64,000 nt of DNA, taken from an uncultured beta proteobacterium (GTDB lineage: Bacteria > Pseudomonadota > Gammaproteobacteria > Burkholderiales > Burkholderiaceae_C). Shown here in pieces: positions 26,350 through 35,905 of the stretch. The notes beneath the pieces were generated by a model that saw only the letters and a list, made by a program, of their open reading frames with translations, did no database searches and was not told where the DNA came from. The translations under genes were made by a program, and so were the position numbers. How positions within the stretch are numbered: position 1 is the stretch's first letter; each line of letters begins with the position of its first letter. The stretch lies in NCBI GenBank assembly GCA_963750815.1, contig CAVVRS010000002.1:381442-445441 (forward strand), read 5' to 3'.

Positions 26350-27026
26350 TACTTTGCTCCTGAAACCTGATGCGACAAACCGCAGCCACGCAAAATCAGC
26401 GACACCACATGCTCGGTGGCGCGGGCGTGGTCTTTTGCGCTCAGGGCCTCGCATCCCAGTACGGCGCTGACTTGTACGCCAAAGTCGGCATAGGTCTGGG
26501 TGGCGGCCCAGATGGTGAAAAACAGATGCACCGAGTCCACCGGCGCCATGCGTCCGGCCGCAATCCAGCCGTCTATTACCGCCGCCTTGGCCAGCACCAG
26601 CGCACGCAGCTCGGTCCCCAGCAGGACCTTCACTACAGGAGCGCCGTGCAACAACTCGTTGGCGAATACCCGTGAAGCGTGGGGTCGCTGCTCGGACAAA
26701 GTCATCTTGGCTCGGATGTAGCCCTCAATGGCGGTCTGCGGGTCGGCTTGGGGCGTAATGCCGTGAGTGGGTGCCAGCCAGTCTTGCAGGGTACGTGCCA
26801 GCACAGCGCGGTAGAGCGCCTGCTTGGCGCCAAAGTAGTAGTGCAGATTGGCCTTGGGCAGGCCGGCTGCCTCGGCAATGGCGGCCATGGTGGCGCCAGC
26901 AAAACCGGCACCGGCAAAGACGCGCTCGGCGGCGGCCAGAATATGGGCTTCGTTGGCCTGGCGGATCTGTCCTTTGGATGCCTCGTCAACGACCGGTGCC
27001 GATGGGCTGGTGGGCAACGGAATCAT
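26349..27026 (-). CDS. TetR/AcrR family transcriptional regulator
   Basis: N-terminal HTH ILAAAERVFAGAGFAGATMAAIAEAAGLPKANLHYYF. Confidence 0.85.
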   Translation of the reverse strand: MIPLPTSPSAPVVDEASKGQIRQANEAHILAAAERVFAGAGFAGATMAAIAEAAGLPKANLHYYFGAKQALYRAVLARTLQDWLAPTHGITPQADPQTAIEGYIRAKMTLSEQRPHASRVFANELLHGAPVVKVLLGTELRALVLAKAAVIDGWIAAGRMAPVDSVHLFFTIWAATQTYADFGVQVSAVLGCEALSAKDHARATEHVVSLILRGCGLSHQVSGAK

Positions 27027-29128
27027 GCTGCAGGCTTTTCAATTCCGGCGCTGGCGCGTGCCTGCGCCAGCGCCACATACCAATCCAGACAGGCCGGATT
27101 GGCCATCGCTTCACGATTGACCACTTTTTCAATCGGCTGCCCCAGCAACAGCTTCTTGATCGGTAACTCCTGCTTTTTGCCCGACAGGGTGCGCGGTATC
27201 TCAGCGACCTGAAAAATCTCGTTTGGTACAAAGCGCGGTGACAGCGCGGTCTTGATCGCCTCAACGATCCTGCTGCGCACGGCATCGTTGAGCGTTCCAC
27301 CCTCGCGCAGCACCACAAACAGTGGCATATAGCTTTCGCGTCCCAGATACTCCAGATCGACCACCATGGAGTCGAGTACCTCGGGCAGCGCTTCCACCGC
27401 GCTGTAGAGCTCGCTGGTACCCATGCGCAAGCCGTAGCGGTTGATGGTGGCGTCACTGCGGCCATAGATGATGCAGCCACCGTGACGCGCTATCTTGAGC
27501 CAGTCACCATGTCGCCAGACCCCCGGGTACATATCAAAATAGCTGGCCAGGTAACGCTGATTTCCGGTGTCGCCCCAAAAATACAGGGGCATGCTGGGTA
27601 TCGGCTGGGTACACACCAGCTCGCCCACTTCATCCAGCACCGGCTCTCCCTGCTCGTTCCACGCCTCGACGGCACAGCCCAGCAAGCGGCATTGCATCTC
27701 GCCGGGCACTTGTGGCAACTCCCGGTTGCCGCCGATGAAGGCGCCACAAAAATCAGTGCCCCCGGAAATGTTGCACCACCAGATCTCGCCCCCACGCGCC
27801 CCCGCTGTGTGTGCGGTGTTGACGCTCAGGCGGGCAAACTGTCCGGTGCCCCAGGCTTGGGCTTCGGTGCTCAGGGGTGAGCCGGTCGTACCCAGCGCCC
27901 GGATCGAGGACAGATCGCCGCAGGCGCCCAGGTCCACACCGGCCTTCTGGCAGTTGGCATAGAACGCGGCACCGGCACCAAAAAAGGTGACGCCGAGCTC
28001 TGCGGCAAAGCGCCACAGCGTGGTCCAGTCGGGAGTAAGCTTGTTGCCGTCGGCGTCTACCGTTCGCCCGCCCGGATTACCATCGAAAATGCAGCAGGTG
28101 GTCCCGCTGAGCAGACCGCTGGCCTGCGCATTCCACATCACCCAGCCGGTCGAGCTGTACCAGTGGTAGCGCTCGCCACGCGAGTTTGCGGCGTAGCTGC
28201 AGCCAATGTCGTTGTGCAGGTTTTTCAGCGCCAGCGCCACCAGCACGGTACCGCCATGGCCATGCACGATCGGCTTGGGCAGACCGGTGGTGCCGCTGGA
28301 GTAGACAATCCAGAGTGGGTGGTCAAACGCCAGCCAAAGTGGCTCAAATGCCTCTGTTTTTGCATCATTTCGGCCTGTAGCACCCGCGTAGTCTGCGTAA
28401 CCAGCTATTTTTTTTATAGCACTATGATCTATGCCCAGGTTCGCCTGCAGCAACAGATGCCGCACCGAGGGCAACGCGGCGCAAAGCTCGGTCACCACAC
28501 TGGTCCGGTCAATGTCACGGCCGCCATAGGTCATGCCATCGCAGGCAATCAACACCTTGGGTTCGATCTGCCTGAAGCGGTCGAGCACTGCAGGAGTCCC
28601 CATGTCGGGCGCACAGATGCTCCACACGCCACCGATGCTCACCGTCGCGAGAAACGCCACCAGGGCGTGCGGCGTGTTGGGCAGGTAGGCTGCCACGCGG
28701 TCGCCCGGTTGCACCCCCTGGGCCTGCAGGTGCAAGGCCAGTGAAGCCACTTGGCGGCGCAACTCGGGCCAGCTCAACTGGCTGGCCGGTGCGCGACCCA
28801 GGCTTTTTTCGTTGTGACTGATGATGGCTGGCTGGCCGGCGGCGTGCGCCGCGCTGGCGTGGCGAAAAACCTGCTGCGCGTAGTTGAACTGGGCGCCAGC
28901 GAACCACCGGGTGGCGGGCATGGCGGCGCCGTCACACACCACGCGGTGCGGTGTGGGCGACTGCAAATCAAAGAAGTCCCAGATACTTTGCCAGAAGGCA
29001 TTGAGGTCCGTCGTAGACCAGCGCCACAGGGCGTCATAAGAATCAAACGACAGGCCGCGCTGTTCAAGCAACCAGTTTTGGTAGAGTCTGATCTGCGGCA
29101 CAAAAGGCGTTAAGGTGGCTTGGGTCAT
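27023..29128 (-). CDS. Acetoacetate-CoA ligase (acetoacetyl-CoA synthetase)
   Basis: N-terminal ...YQNWLLEQRGLSFDSYDALWRWSTTDLNAFWQSIWDFF. AMP-binding motif YSSGTTGLPKPIVH. About 700 aa. Confidence 0.9.
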   Translation of the reverse strand: MTQATLTPFVPQIRLYQNWLLEQRGLSFDSYDALWRWSTTDLNAFWQSIWDFFDLQSPTPHRVVCDGAAMPATRWFAGAQFNYAQQVFRHASAAHAAGQPAIISHNEKSLGRAPASQLSWPELRRQVASLALHLQAQGVQPGDRVAAYLPNTPHALVAFLATVSIGGVWSICAPDMGTPAVLDRFRQIEPKVLIACDGMTYGGRDIDRTSVVTELCAALPSVRHLLLQANLGIDHSAIKKIAGYADYAGATGRNDAKTEAFEPLWLAFDHPLWIVYSSGTTGLPKPIVHGHGGTVLVALALKNLHNDIGCSYAANSRGERYHWYSSTGWVMWNAQASGLLSGTTCCIFDGNPGGRTVDADGNKLTPDWTTLWRFAAELGVTFFGAGAAFYANCQKAGVDLGACGDLSSIRALGTTGSPLSTEAQAWGTGQFARLSVNTAHTAGARGGEIWWCNISGGTDFCGAFIGGNRELPQVPGEMQCRLLGCAVEAWNEQGEPVLDEVGELVCTQPIPSMPLYFWGDTGNQRYLASYFDMYPGVWRHGDWLKIARHGGCIIYGRSDATINRYGLRMGTSELYSAVEALPEVLDSMVVDLEYLGRESYMPLFVVLREGGTLNDAVRSRIVEAIKTALSPRFVPNEIFQVAEIPRTLSGKKQELPIKKLLLGQPIEKVVNREAMANPACLDWYVALAQARASAGIEKPAA
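28372..28420 (-). repeat. Copy E of the repeat, inside the acetoacetyl-CoA synthetase coding region
   Basis: GGCCTGTAGCACCCGCGTAGTCTGCGTAACCAGCTATTTTTTTTATAGC. 37 of 49 positions are identical to copy A without gaps. It encodes residues AIKKIAGYADYAGATG. Confidence 0.55.
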
Positions 29129-29243
29129 GGTCCGAGGTTAATCCGGCATTTGCTTTTTAAATAGTAGCGGGTGACACCAGTTTGACATGGGCAGACAGCC
29201 ATTTTTGCTTATAGTTGCCTGAACTTGTTGTTTTGGAGCCCCG

Positions 29244-29666
29244 ATGAGCATCTGGAAGTTACCGGTTACGGTCGAGCACCTGACCACCGTCAGCGCCAAC
29301 ACTGCGGCATCGCATCTGGGTATCGAATTCCTGGAAGTCGGTGACGACTTCATCCGCGCCCGTGTGCCGGTGGACCCACGAACCCGACAACCGTACGGCT
29401 TGCTGCACGGTGGCGTGAGCGTGGTACTGGCTGAAACACTGGGCTCCAGCGCCGCTGCCTGTGCGGCCCCACCGGGCAGTCTGGCGGTCGGGCTAGACAT
29501 CAACGCCAACCACATCAAGGGCGTGCGCAGCGGCTGGGTCACCGGCACGGCGCGAGCGGTGCACATTGGCCGCACCACTCAGGTCTGGCAGATTGACATG
29601 CACAACGACGCCGGTGAACTGAGCTGCGTGTCGCGCCTGACGGTGGCGATTCAGGCGCCGCGCTAA
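29244..29666 (+). CDS. PaaI-family hotdog-fold thioesterase
   Basis: LGIEFLEVGDDFIRARVPVD..QPYGLLHGGVSVVLAETLGS. Confidence 0.8.
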   Translation: MSIWKLPVTVEHLTTVSANTAASHLGIEFLEVGDDFIRARVPVDPRTRQPYGLLHGGVSVVLAETLGSSAAACAAPPGSLAVGLDINANHIKGVRSGWVTGTARAVHIGRTTQVWQIDMHNDAGELSCVSRLTVAIQAPR

Positions 29667-29701
29667 GCTGCGCCATTTCATCACCCCAAAGAAAGACTGC
29701 C

Positions 29702-29965
29702 ATGGCCTATCCCCCCGAATTCCTCAAGCGTGTCGACGAGTTCATCGCCTTTGCCAACCGCATGGCCGATGGCGGACTGCAGGGCGAGGCCAGCGCCGCC
29801 ATCCTGTTCGCCGCCGGTCGCTACAACGCCTTCAATTTTCTGTCCAACGGGGGCACCGCACAAGACCAGGAAAAAGCTGTCGAATTTTATGTCTCGGAGT
29901 ACCGCAAGGCTTTTATCTCGAACCTGGAAGGTGCGGTGGGCCCGGTAGTGAGCCCTCAGGGGTAA
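29702..29965 (+). CDS. Small conserved hypothetical protein (DUF3144-like by recollection)
   Basis: An 87-aa ORF with good codon periodicity, containing FLKRVDEFIAFANRMADGG...AILFAAGRYNAF. Confidence 0.5.
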   Translation: MAYPPEFLKRVDEFIAFANRMADGGLQGEASAAILFAAGRYNAFNFLSNGGTAQDQEKAVEFYVSEYRKAFISNLEGAVGPVVSPQG

Positions 29966-30536
29966 TTGCGGCTTGTGCCAGACGTTCACTCTTCCAGTAC
30001 ACATCGTCCCCCGGCGTGCCGTCCAGGCGATGCCGGTTGAGCACCCGGGCCAGCACAAACATCAGGTCCGAGAGGCGGTTCAGGTACTGGCGTGGCGTGT
30101 CCTTGAGCGCCTCCTGGCCCTCCAGAGCGACCACGGCGCGCTCGGCACGCCTTGCCACAGTGCGGCACACGTGGGCCAATGACGCGGCGCGGGTACCCGC
30201 GGGCAGGATGAACTCCTGCAGGCGTGGCAGTGTGTCGTTGTGCGCGGCCAGGGCGGCGTCGAGCCCCAGCACAGCCTCGGGTTTGAGCAGCTCAAAACCA
30301 GGAATTGACAGCTCGCCACCAAGGTTGAAAAGCTGGTGCTGAACTTCGACCAGCAAAGCGCGTACCGCCGGCGGCATGTCTTCACACAGCAGCACGCCCA
30401 GGCTGGAGTTGAGCTCGTCGACATCGCCCATGGCGTGCACGCGCAAGCTGTTTTTGGAAACGCGGGTGTTGTCACCCAGGCCGGTCGTGCCGTTGTCACC
30501 CGTGCGGGTGGCAATCTGTGTCAGTCGTTGTCCCAT
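29913..30536 (-). CDS. PduO-type ATP:cob(I)alamin adenosyltransferase
   Basis: TRTGDNGTTGLGDNTRVSKNSLRVHAMGDVDELNSSLG. The 3' end overlaps the convergent small ORF by 53 nt. Confidence 0.85.
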   Translation of the reverse strand: MGQRLTQIATRTGDNGTTGLGDNTRVSKNSLRVHAMGDVDELNSSLGVLLCEDMPPAVRALLVEVQHQLFNLGGELSIPGFELLKPEAVLGLDAALAAHNDTLPRLQEFILPAGTRAASLAHVCRTVARRAERAVVALEGQEALKDTPRQYLNRLSDLMFVLARVLNRHRLDGTPGDDVYWKSERLAQAAITPEGSLPGPPHLPGSR

Positions 30537-30593
30537 GCGCAGACTCCTTGATTGGTGCTATTGTTGCAGCTTAGTCATTGCCCTGCCAGTACC

Positions 30594-32018
30594 ATGAATG
30601 CTCCAGCCCCCCTGTCCCATCTGTCGTCTGCCGCTGCGGCGCGCGCCGTCACTCCAGCGCTGCTTGAGGCACTCAAGAAGCGCTTTGCCGCGCGCTGCTC
30701 AACCGCTCTGGTGGTGCGCGAGCAGCACGGGCGCGACGAGTCGTCATTTGTGGCACCACCCCCTGCGGCGGTGGTGTTTGCTGAAAGTACCCAGGATGTG
30801 GCAGACGCCGTCAAGCTGGCTGGTGACTTCGATGCGCCGGTGATCGCCTTTGGTGTCGGTACCTCGCTCGAAGGTCATTTGCTGGCTGTCCAGGGCGGCA
30901 TCAGTCTGGATGTGAGCCGCATGAACCGGGTGCTCAGCATCAATGCCGAAGACCTGACGGTGACGGTGCAGGCCGGTGTAACCCGCAAGCAGCTCAATGA
31001 AGAAATCCGCTCCACCGGTCTGTTCTTCCCGATTGATCCGGGGGCCGACGCAACCATCGGCGGTATGTGCGCCACCCGCGCCAGCGGCACCAACGCAGTG
31101 CGCTATGGCACCATGCGCGAGAACGTGCTGGCGCTCGAAGTGGTCACCGCCAGCGCCGAGGTGATCCGTACCGGCACCCGCGCCAGAAAAAGCAGTGCCG
31201 GCTACGACCTGACACGCCTGCTGGTTGGCTCCGAGGGCACACTGGGCGTGATCACTGAAGTGACACTCAAGCTTTACCCCTTGCCGGAAGCCATTTCAGC
31301 GGCGATCTGTTCGTTCCCCAGTATTGAAGCCGCTGTGCGCAGCACCATCCAGATCATCCAGCTGGGCATCCCGATCGCCCGTGTGGAACTGATTGACGCC
31401 CACACCGTCAGACTGGTCAACGCTTATGCCAAACTGGGGCTGCGCGAGGAGCCGCTGCTGCTGATGGAGTTTCACGGCTCGCCAGCCAGTGTGAAAGAAC
31501 AGGCCGAATTGGTGCAGGATATTGCCAGCGGGTTTGGCGGCAATGCGTTTGAATGGGCGACCACGCCCGAAGAGCGCACCCGGTTGTGGACGGCCCGCCA
31601 CAATGCCTACTTTGCCGCCATCCAGAGCAAGCCCGGTTGCCGCGCTATTTCAACCGACACCTGCGTGCCCATTTCCAGACTGGCCGATTGCCTGCTGGAC
31701 TCGGTGGCCGAAGCGGACGCCAGTGGCATCCCGTACTTTCTGGTCGGCCATGTGGGTGACGGCAATTTTCACTTTGGCTATCTGATCGATCCTGCCCTGC
31801 CGCAAGAACGCGAAGTGGCCGAAAAACTCAATCACTCCCTGGTGGCGCGCGCGCTGCGGCTGGAGGGCACCTGCACCGGCGAGCATGGCGTGGGCTTGCA
31901 CAAAATGGATTTTCTGGTCAGCGAGACCGGCGCCGGTGCTGTAGAAATGATGCGCACCATCAAACGCGCACTGGACCCGAAAAACATCATGAATCCGGGC
32001 AAGATATTTACGCTTTAG
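30594..32018 (+). CDS. FAD-linked oxidase (D-lactate dehydrogenase / GlcD-like)
   Basis: FAD-binding PCMH domain (VIAFGVGTSLEGH) and a C-terminal GTCTGEHGVGLHK motif. Start at MNAPAPL (30594). Confidence 0.85.
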   Translation: MNAPAPLSHLSSAAAARAVTPALLEALKKRFAARCSTALVVREQHGRDESSFVAPPPAAVVFAESTQDVADAVKLAGDFDAPVIAFGVGTSLEGHLLAVQGGISLDVSRMNRVLSINAEDLTVTVQAGVTRKQLNEEIRSTGLFFPIDPGADATIGGMCATRASGTNAVRYGTMRENVLALEVVTASAEVIRTGTRARKSSAGYDLTRLLVGSEGTLGVITEVTLKLYPLPEAISAAICSFPSIEAAVRSTIQIIQLGIPIARVELIDAHTVRLVNAYAKLGLREEPLLLMEFHGSPASVKEQAELVQDIASGFGGNAFEWATTPEERTRLWTARHNAYFAAIQSKPGCRAISTDTCVPISRLADCLLDSVAEADASGIPYFLVGHVGDGNFHFGYLIDPALPQEREVAEKLNHSLVARALRLEGTCTGEHGVGLHKMDFLVSETGAGAVEMMRTIKRALDPKNIMNPGKIFTL

Positions 32019-32020
32019 TC

Positions 32021-32779
32021 TCAGGATAAAAGCGGCATATATTGGGAGGTTTCCTCGGCAATCGCGTTGGCCGTGTACTCGATCATCTTCTGCATATCAA
32101 GATCGGTATCGGCGTAGCGTTGTGCAATGACTTGAAATTCACCTTCTATTTCCAGGAACGCATCGACGACGTCGGGGTCGAAATGGCTGCCCCGGTTCTG
32201 AAAAATGATGACTACCGCCTGTTCATGCGCCACGCCGGCCTTGTACACCTGGTTCGAAACGAGCGCGTCGTAGACGTCGGCAACCGCCAGCAGCCGCGCC
32301 GCCAGAGGGATTTGTGTTCCCACCAAGCCTTGCGGATAGCCACTGCCGTCCCACTTTTCATGGTGGGAGCAGGCCAGTTCCTTGAGCGTCCTGACTCTTT
32401 CTACCGGGAATCCCAGGGCTTTTTCAGCTTGCTCGATTGCATCGCGTGCCATCGTCGTGTGTGTTTTCATGATTTCAAACTCGGCCGGCGTCAATCGGCC
32501 GGGTTTGAGCAAAATCCGGTCCGGAATGCCAATCGTGCCCATGTCATAAAGGGCGGCCGCCTGGAACAGTATCTGGATATACGGTTCCGTCAAAATCGGG
32601 GCAAATTGGCGCAGTCTCTGGAGTCGCAGTGCCAGCGTGCGGATGTAGTACTGAATACGCAGGATGTGCGGCCCGCTTCGCACGCCGACCAGCATGGTCA
32701 TGGCAAATGCCCCAACCGCCATGGTGGCAAGCACAGGATCGGCCGTAGCCTTCGGGTCACTGTTAGTTGAATTCAACAT
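32021..32779 (-). CDS. HD-GYP domain phosphohydrolase (cyclic-di-GMP phosphodiesterase-like)
   Basis: HHEKWDGSGYPQGL and ADVYDAL motifs. No receiver domain. Short hydrophobic N-terminus. Confidence 0.8.
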   Translation of the reverse strand: MLNSTNSDPKATADPVLATMAVGAFAMTMLVGVRSGPHILRIQYYIRTLALRLQRLRQFAPILTEPYIQILFQAAALYDMGTIGIPDRILLKPGRLTPAEFEIMKTHTTMARDAIEQAEKALGFPVERVRTLKELACSHHEKWDGSGYPQGLVGTQIPLAARLLAVADVYDALVSNQVYKAGVAHEQAVVIIFQNRGSHFDPDVVDAFLEIEGEFQVIAQRYADTDLDMQKMIEYTANAIAEETSQYMPLLS

Positions 32780-32849
32780 GGGGGCTCATATTCAAAATAT
32801 CTCCAGGCCAACAGTTTAGGCGACTCTGGTTGGCGATGAAACTATAAAT

Positions 32850-33791
32850 TCAATAATTGGCGCTCCGGCCAAGCCGGTCAATCAAGCCATTGAGTTCATC
32901 GAGCGAGCCAAACTGGATACTGACTTCACCCATCTCCTCCAGGCGCCCGGAACGTTTGACACGTTTTTTTATTCGCACCTCGACCTGCGCCGCCAGCAGG
33001 TCAGACAACTCTTCCTCGACACGTTTTGTGTCGCGTGATTTTTCCTTTTTGGGTTTGCTTGACGTCAGTGCGAACTCGGCGTTGAGTTTTTTCACCAGGC
33101 GCTCAGACTCGCGCACTGACATTTTTTTGGCGCTGATCTGGTTCGCCGCCGTGATCTGGCCGGCCCGGTCCAGCGCCAGCAAAGCCCGCGCATGGCCCAT
33201 GTCCAAGTCACCCGCCATCAACATGGTCTGCACCGGATCGGCCAGATTGAGCAACCGCAACAGGTTGCTGGCAGCACTGCGCGAACGCCCGACGGCCTGC
33301 GCTGCCAGCTCGTGAGTGAGCCCAAACTCCTTTACCAGGCGCTGTAATCCTTGAGCTTCTTCCAGCGGATTGAGATTTTCCCGCTGAATGTTTTCAATCA
33401 AGGCCATTGCAGCGGCGTCCGAATTGGAGACGTCGCGCACCAACACAGGCACGCTGCTCAGCCCTGCCAGCCTGGCCGCCCGAAAGCGCCTCTCACCGGC
33501 AATAATCTCGTACTTGCCCTGGTTGGCCCCCTCTTGCAGCTGACGAACCAAAATCGGTTGCAGGATACCTTGCGCCTTGATCGACTCTGCCAGTTCATAC
33601 AACGCGCCTTCATCCATGCGCGTGCGTGGCTGGTACAAGCCAGGAAGCATATCGACCAGCAACAGAGAAGCGGGTAACCCCGGGCTGACGGGGTTGCCGT
33701 CGGACGCATCAAAAGACGCTCCCTCATTCACTTTGGGCCCAAGCAAGGCTTCGAGTCCGCGGCCCAGGCCTTTGGGTTTTTTGGTGACCAT
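32850..33791 (-). CDS. parB: Chromosome partitioning protein ParB
   Basis: KGLGRGLEALLG, the GERRFRAA ParB box, and an HTH region. Confidence 0.9.
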   Translation of the reverse strand: MVTKKPKGLGRGLEALLGPKVNEGASFDASDGNPVSPGLPASLLLVDMLPGLYQPRTRMDEGALYELAESIKAQGILQPILVRQLQEGANQGKYEIIAGERRFRAARLAGLSSVPVLVRDVSNSDAAAMALIENIQRENLNPLEEAQGLQRLVKEFGLTHELAAQAVGRSRSAASNLLRLLNLADPVQTMLMAGDLDMGHARALLALDRAGQITAANQISAKKMSVRESERLVKKLNAEFALTSSKPKKEKSRDTKRVEEELSDLLAAQVEVRIKKRVKRSGRLEEMGEVSIQFGSLDELNGLIDRLGRSANY

Positions 33792-34373
33792 CTAATACTC
33801 CTGATATTTTGTGGGGTCGCTCTTCTGCACCTGTCCCCGAGCGGCTAATTGAAGCAGCATTTCATGGCCTTCGGACCAATGGCCCAAGCCCGACCCGGCG
33901 TTGATATGACTTGCATTGCCAGCATCGACAAAATCAGACCCCCAGGCACTGGCGAACTGTCCGGCCCGCTCGAAACTGCAATAGGGATCATTACGACTAC
34001 CCACCAAAATACTTTTGAATGGCAACTTCAGCAAAGGAATCGGCGACCAGCCAGGCAGGACTGGACGCAACTCGTCGCACTGGGCATCGCCGGGTGCCAC
34101 CAGCAGCGCAGCGCTGACACGATCCGTGTTGCGCGAATGCGTGGCCCATGCCGCCACCAATAGGCAACCCAGGCTGTGCGCGACCAGCAGCGCCGGTTCG
34201 TCGCACTGCAACACGACTTCTTCCAGCCGGGCCATCCAGTCGCCCCGCAATGGACGAATCCAGTCGTGCTGTTCCACCCGCGCATAACCATATTCAACCT
34301 GCCATCGACTTTGCCAATGGTCAGGCCCGGAATTTTGCCAGCCCGGCAGAATGAGGACGTTGACAGGGTTCAT
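33792..34373 (-). CDS. RBBP9/YdeN-family alpha/beta serine hydrolase (second paralog)
   Basis: VLILPGWQNSGPDHWQSRW and AHSLGC. Its stop directly abuts the parB start. Confidence 0.75.
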   Translation of the reverse strand: MNPVNVLILPGWQNSGPDHWQSRWQVEYGYARVEQHDWIRPLRGDWMARLEEVVLQCDEPALLVAHSLGCLLVAAWATHSRNTDRVSAALLVAPGDAQCDELRPVLPGWSPIPLLKLPFKSILVGSRNDPYCSFERAGQFASAWGSDFVDAGNASHINAGSGLGHWSEGHEMLLQLAARGQVQKSDPTKYQEY

Positions 34374-34375
34374 TT

Positions 34376-34423
34376 GCTATAAGTTATGTAGCTATTTACG
34401 CTTGACAAACGGGGGTTAAAAGC
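34376..34423 (+). repeat. Copy C of the repeat (diverged, about 65% identical to B)
   Basis: GCTATAAGTTATGTAGCTATTTACGCTTGACAAACGGGGGTTAAAAGC. It fills the parA-hydrolase intergenic gap. Confidence 0.55.
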
Positions 34424-34430
34424 GAATTTG

Positions 34431-35216
34431 TTACATGATCCCGATGCGTTCGACCATCTCCTGGGCAAAGGCCACGAAAGCCTGCGCACCCTTGGAGGCC
34501 GGGTCAAACACAACACCCGGAACGCCGTAGCTGGGCGCCTCGGCCAGCCGCACGTTGCGCGGAATAACAGTATTGAAAACCTTGCTGCCAAAATGCGTCT
34601 TGAGCTGTTCGCTGACCTGTTGTTGCAGCGTAATTCGGGGATCAAACATGACGCGCAGCAAGCCAATGATGGCCAGCTCTTTGTTCAGGTTGGCGTGTAC
34701 CTGCTTGATGGTGTTGACCAGATCCGTGAGGCCTTCCAGAGCAAAATACTCACACTGCATGGGAACTATCACGCCATGCGCGCAGCACAGGCCATTGAGC
34801 GTCAGCATGGAGAGGCTGGGCGGGCAGTCGATCAAAATGAAATCATAGTCTTGCGCCACTCCGGCCAGCGCGAGCTTGAGGCGTTTTTCGCGGCGCTCAA
34901 CGTCAACCAACTCAACCTCGGCGCCGGCCAGCTCCCGATTTGCGCCGAGTATGTCGTAACCGCAGCCGGCGGCCAGCAACTTGTCGCTTTTGACGCGCGC
35001 CTCTGCCACTGAAGCTGACTCCAGCAACACATCGTATATCGTCAGTTCAAGCTTGCGCTTGTCAACACCCGACCCCATCGTGGCATTGCCCTGTGGATCC
35101 AGGTCAACCATCAATACGCGCTGGCCAACCTTGGCCAGCCCGGCCGCCAGATTGACTGTAGTCGTGGTTTTGCCAACACCGCCTTTTTGATTGGCGACAC
35201 AGAAAATTTTGGTCAT
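34431..35216 (-). CDS. parA: Chromosome partitioning ATPase ParA (Soj)
   Basis: MTKIFCVANQKGGVGKTTTTVNLA carries the deviant Walker A motif. Confidence 0.9.
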   Translation of the reverse strand: MTKIFCVANQKGGVGKTTTTVNLAAGLAKVGQRVLMVDLDPQGNATMGSGVDKRKLELTIYDVLLESASVAEARVKSDKLLAAGCGYDILGANRELAGAEVELVDVERREKRLKLALAGVAQDYDFILIDCPPSLSMLTLNGLCCAHGVIVPMQCEYFALEGLTDLVNTIKQVHANLNKELAIIGLLRVMFDPRITLQQQVSEQLKTHFGSKVFNTVIPRNVRLAEAPSYGVPGVVFDPASKGAQAFVAFAQEMVERIGIM

Positions 35217-35256
35217 GAAGTGTTGCCTGCGGGTGAAAGTGAAAACCAGCTGAAAT

Positions 35257-35871
35257 TCAGCGAGACAGCGCCAGTTTGACGCCGAAGCCAACCAGAAAAA
35301 GACCGGCGAGTTTCCCGAGCACACGCGAAATTATCGGGTTTGCCCGCAGCCGTTCGGCCAGAAAATGGGTGAGTAATACGACGGTCAGACCGTAGGCAAA
35401 GGTCAACAAGGCAATGGTCACCGCCATCACGGCAAAAGTATTCAACCCCTGATGCCGGGCCGGGTCGACGAACAGAGGGAAAAATGCCATGTAAAAAACT
35501 ATGGCCTTGGGATTGAGGAGCGTAATCGTGAGCGCCTGGCGCAGGTAGTGATGGGGCTTGATGTTCAGCACCGGCGCGGCGCCCGGTTTGGCCAGCAGCA
35601 TTTGGGCGCCCAGCCAGGCCAGATAGGCGGCACCCATCCACTGCACAGCATTGAACGCAGCGGGATAGGCGGCCAGCAATGCCGCCACACCGGCCACCGC
35701 CAGCCACATCAGCACCTGATCGCCCAGTATCACTCCCAGCGTAGCCGACAAGCCAGCCTTGACGCCACCTTTACTGGTCGACGTAATCAAAGCCAGATTC
35801 CCGGGACCGGGAATCAACAAAAAAACGATGATTGCAACAACAAATGCACCGTAATCAACTATGCCAAACAT
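35257..35871 (-). CDS. LysE/RhtB family amino-acid exporter
   Basis: IPGPGNLALI motif. Six-TM layout, about 204 aa. Confidence 0.8.
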   Translation of the reverse strand: MFGIVDYGAFVVAIIVFLLIPGPGNLALITSTSKGGVKAGLSATLGVILGDQVLMWLAVAGVAALLAAYPAAFNAVQWMGAAYLAWLGAQMLLAKPGAAPVLNIKPHHYLRQALTITLLNPKAIVFYMAFFPLFVDPARHQGLNTFAVMAVTIALLTFAYGLTVVLLTHFLAERLRANPIISRVLGKLAGLFLVGFGVKLALSR

Positions 35872-35905
35872 GGAGGTTTCTTTATGAATGAGGGGTGAGT
35901 TTACG

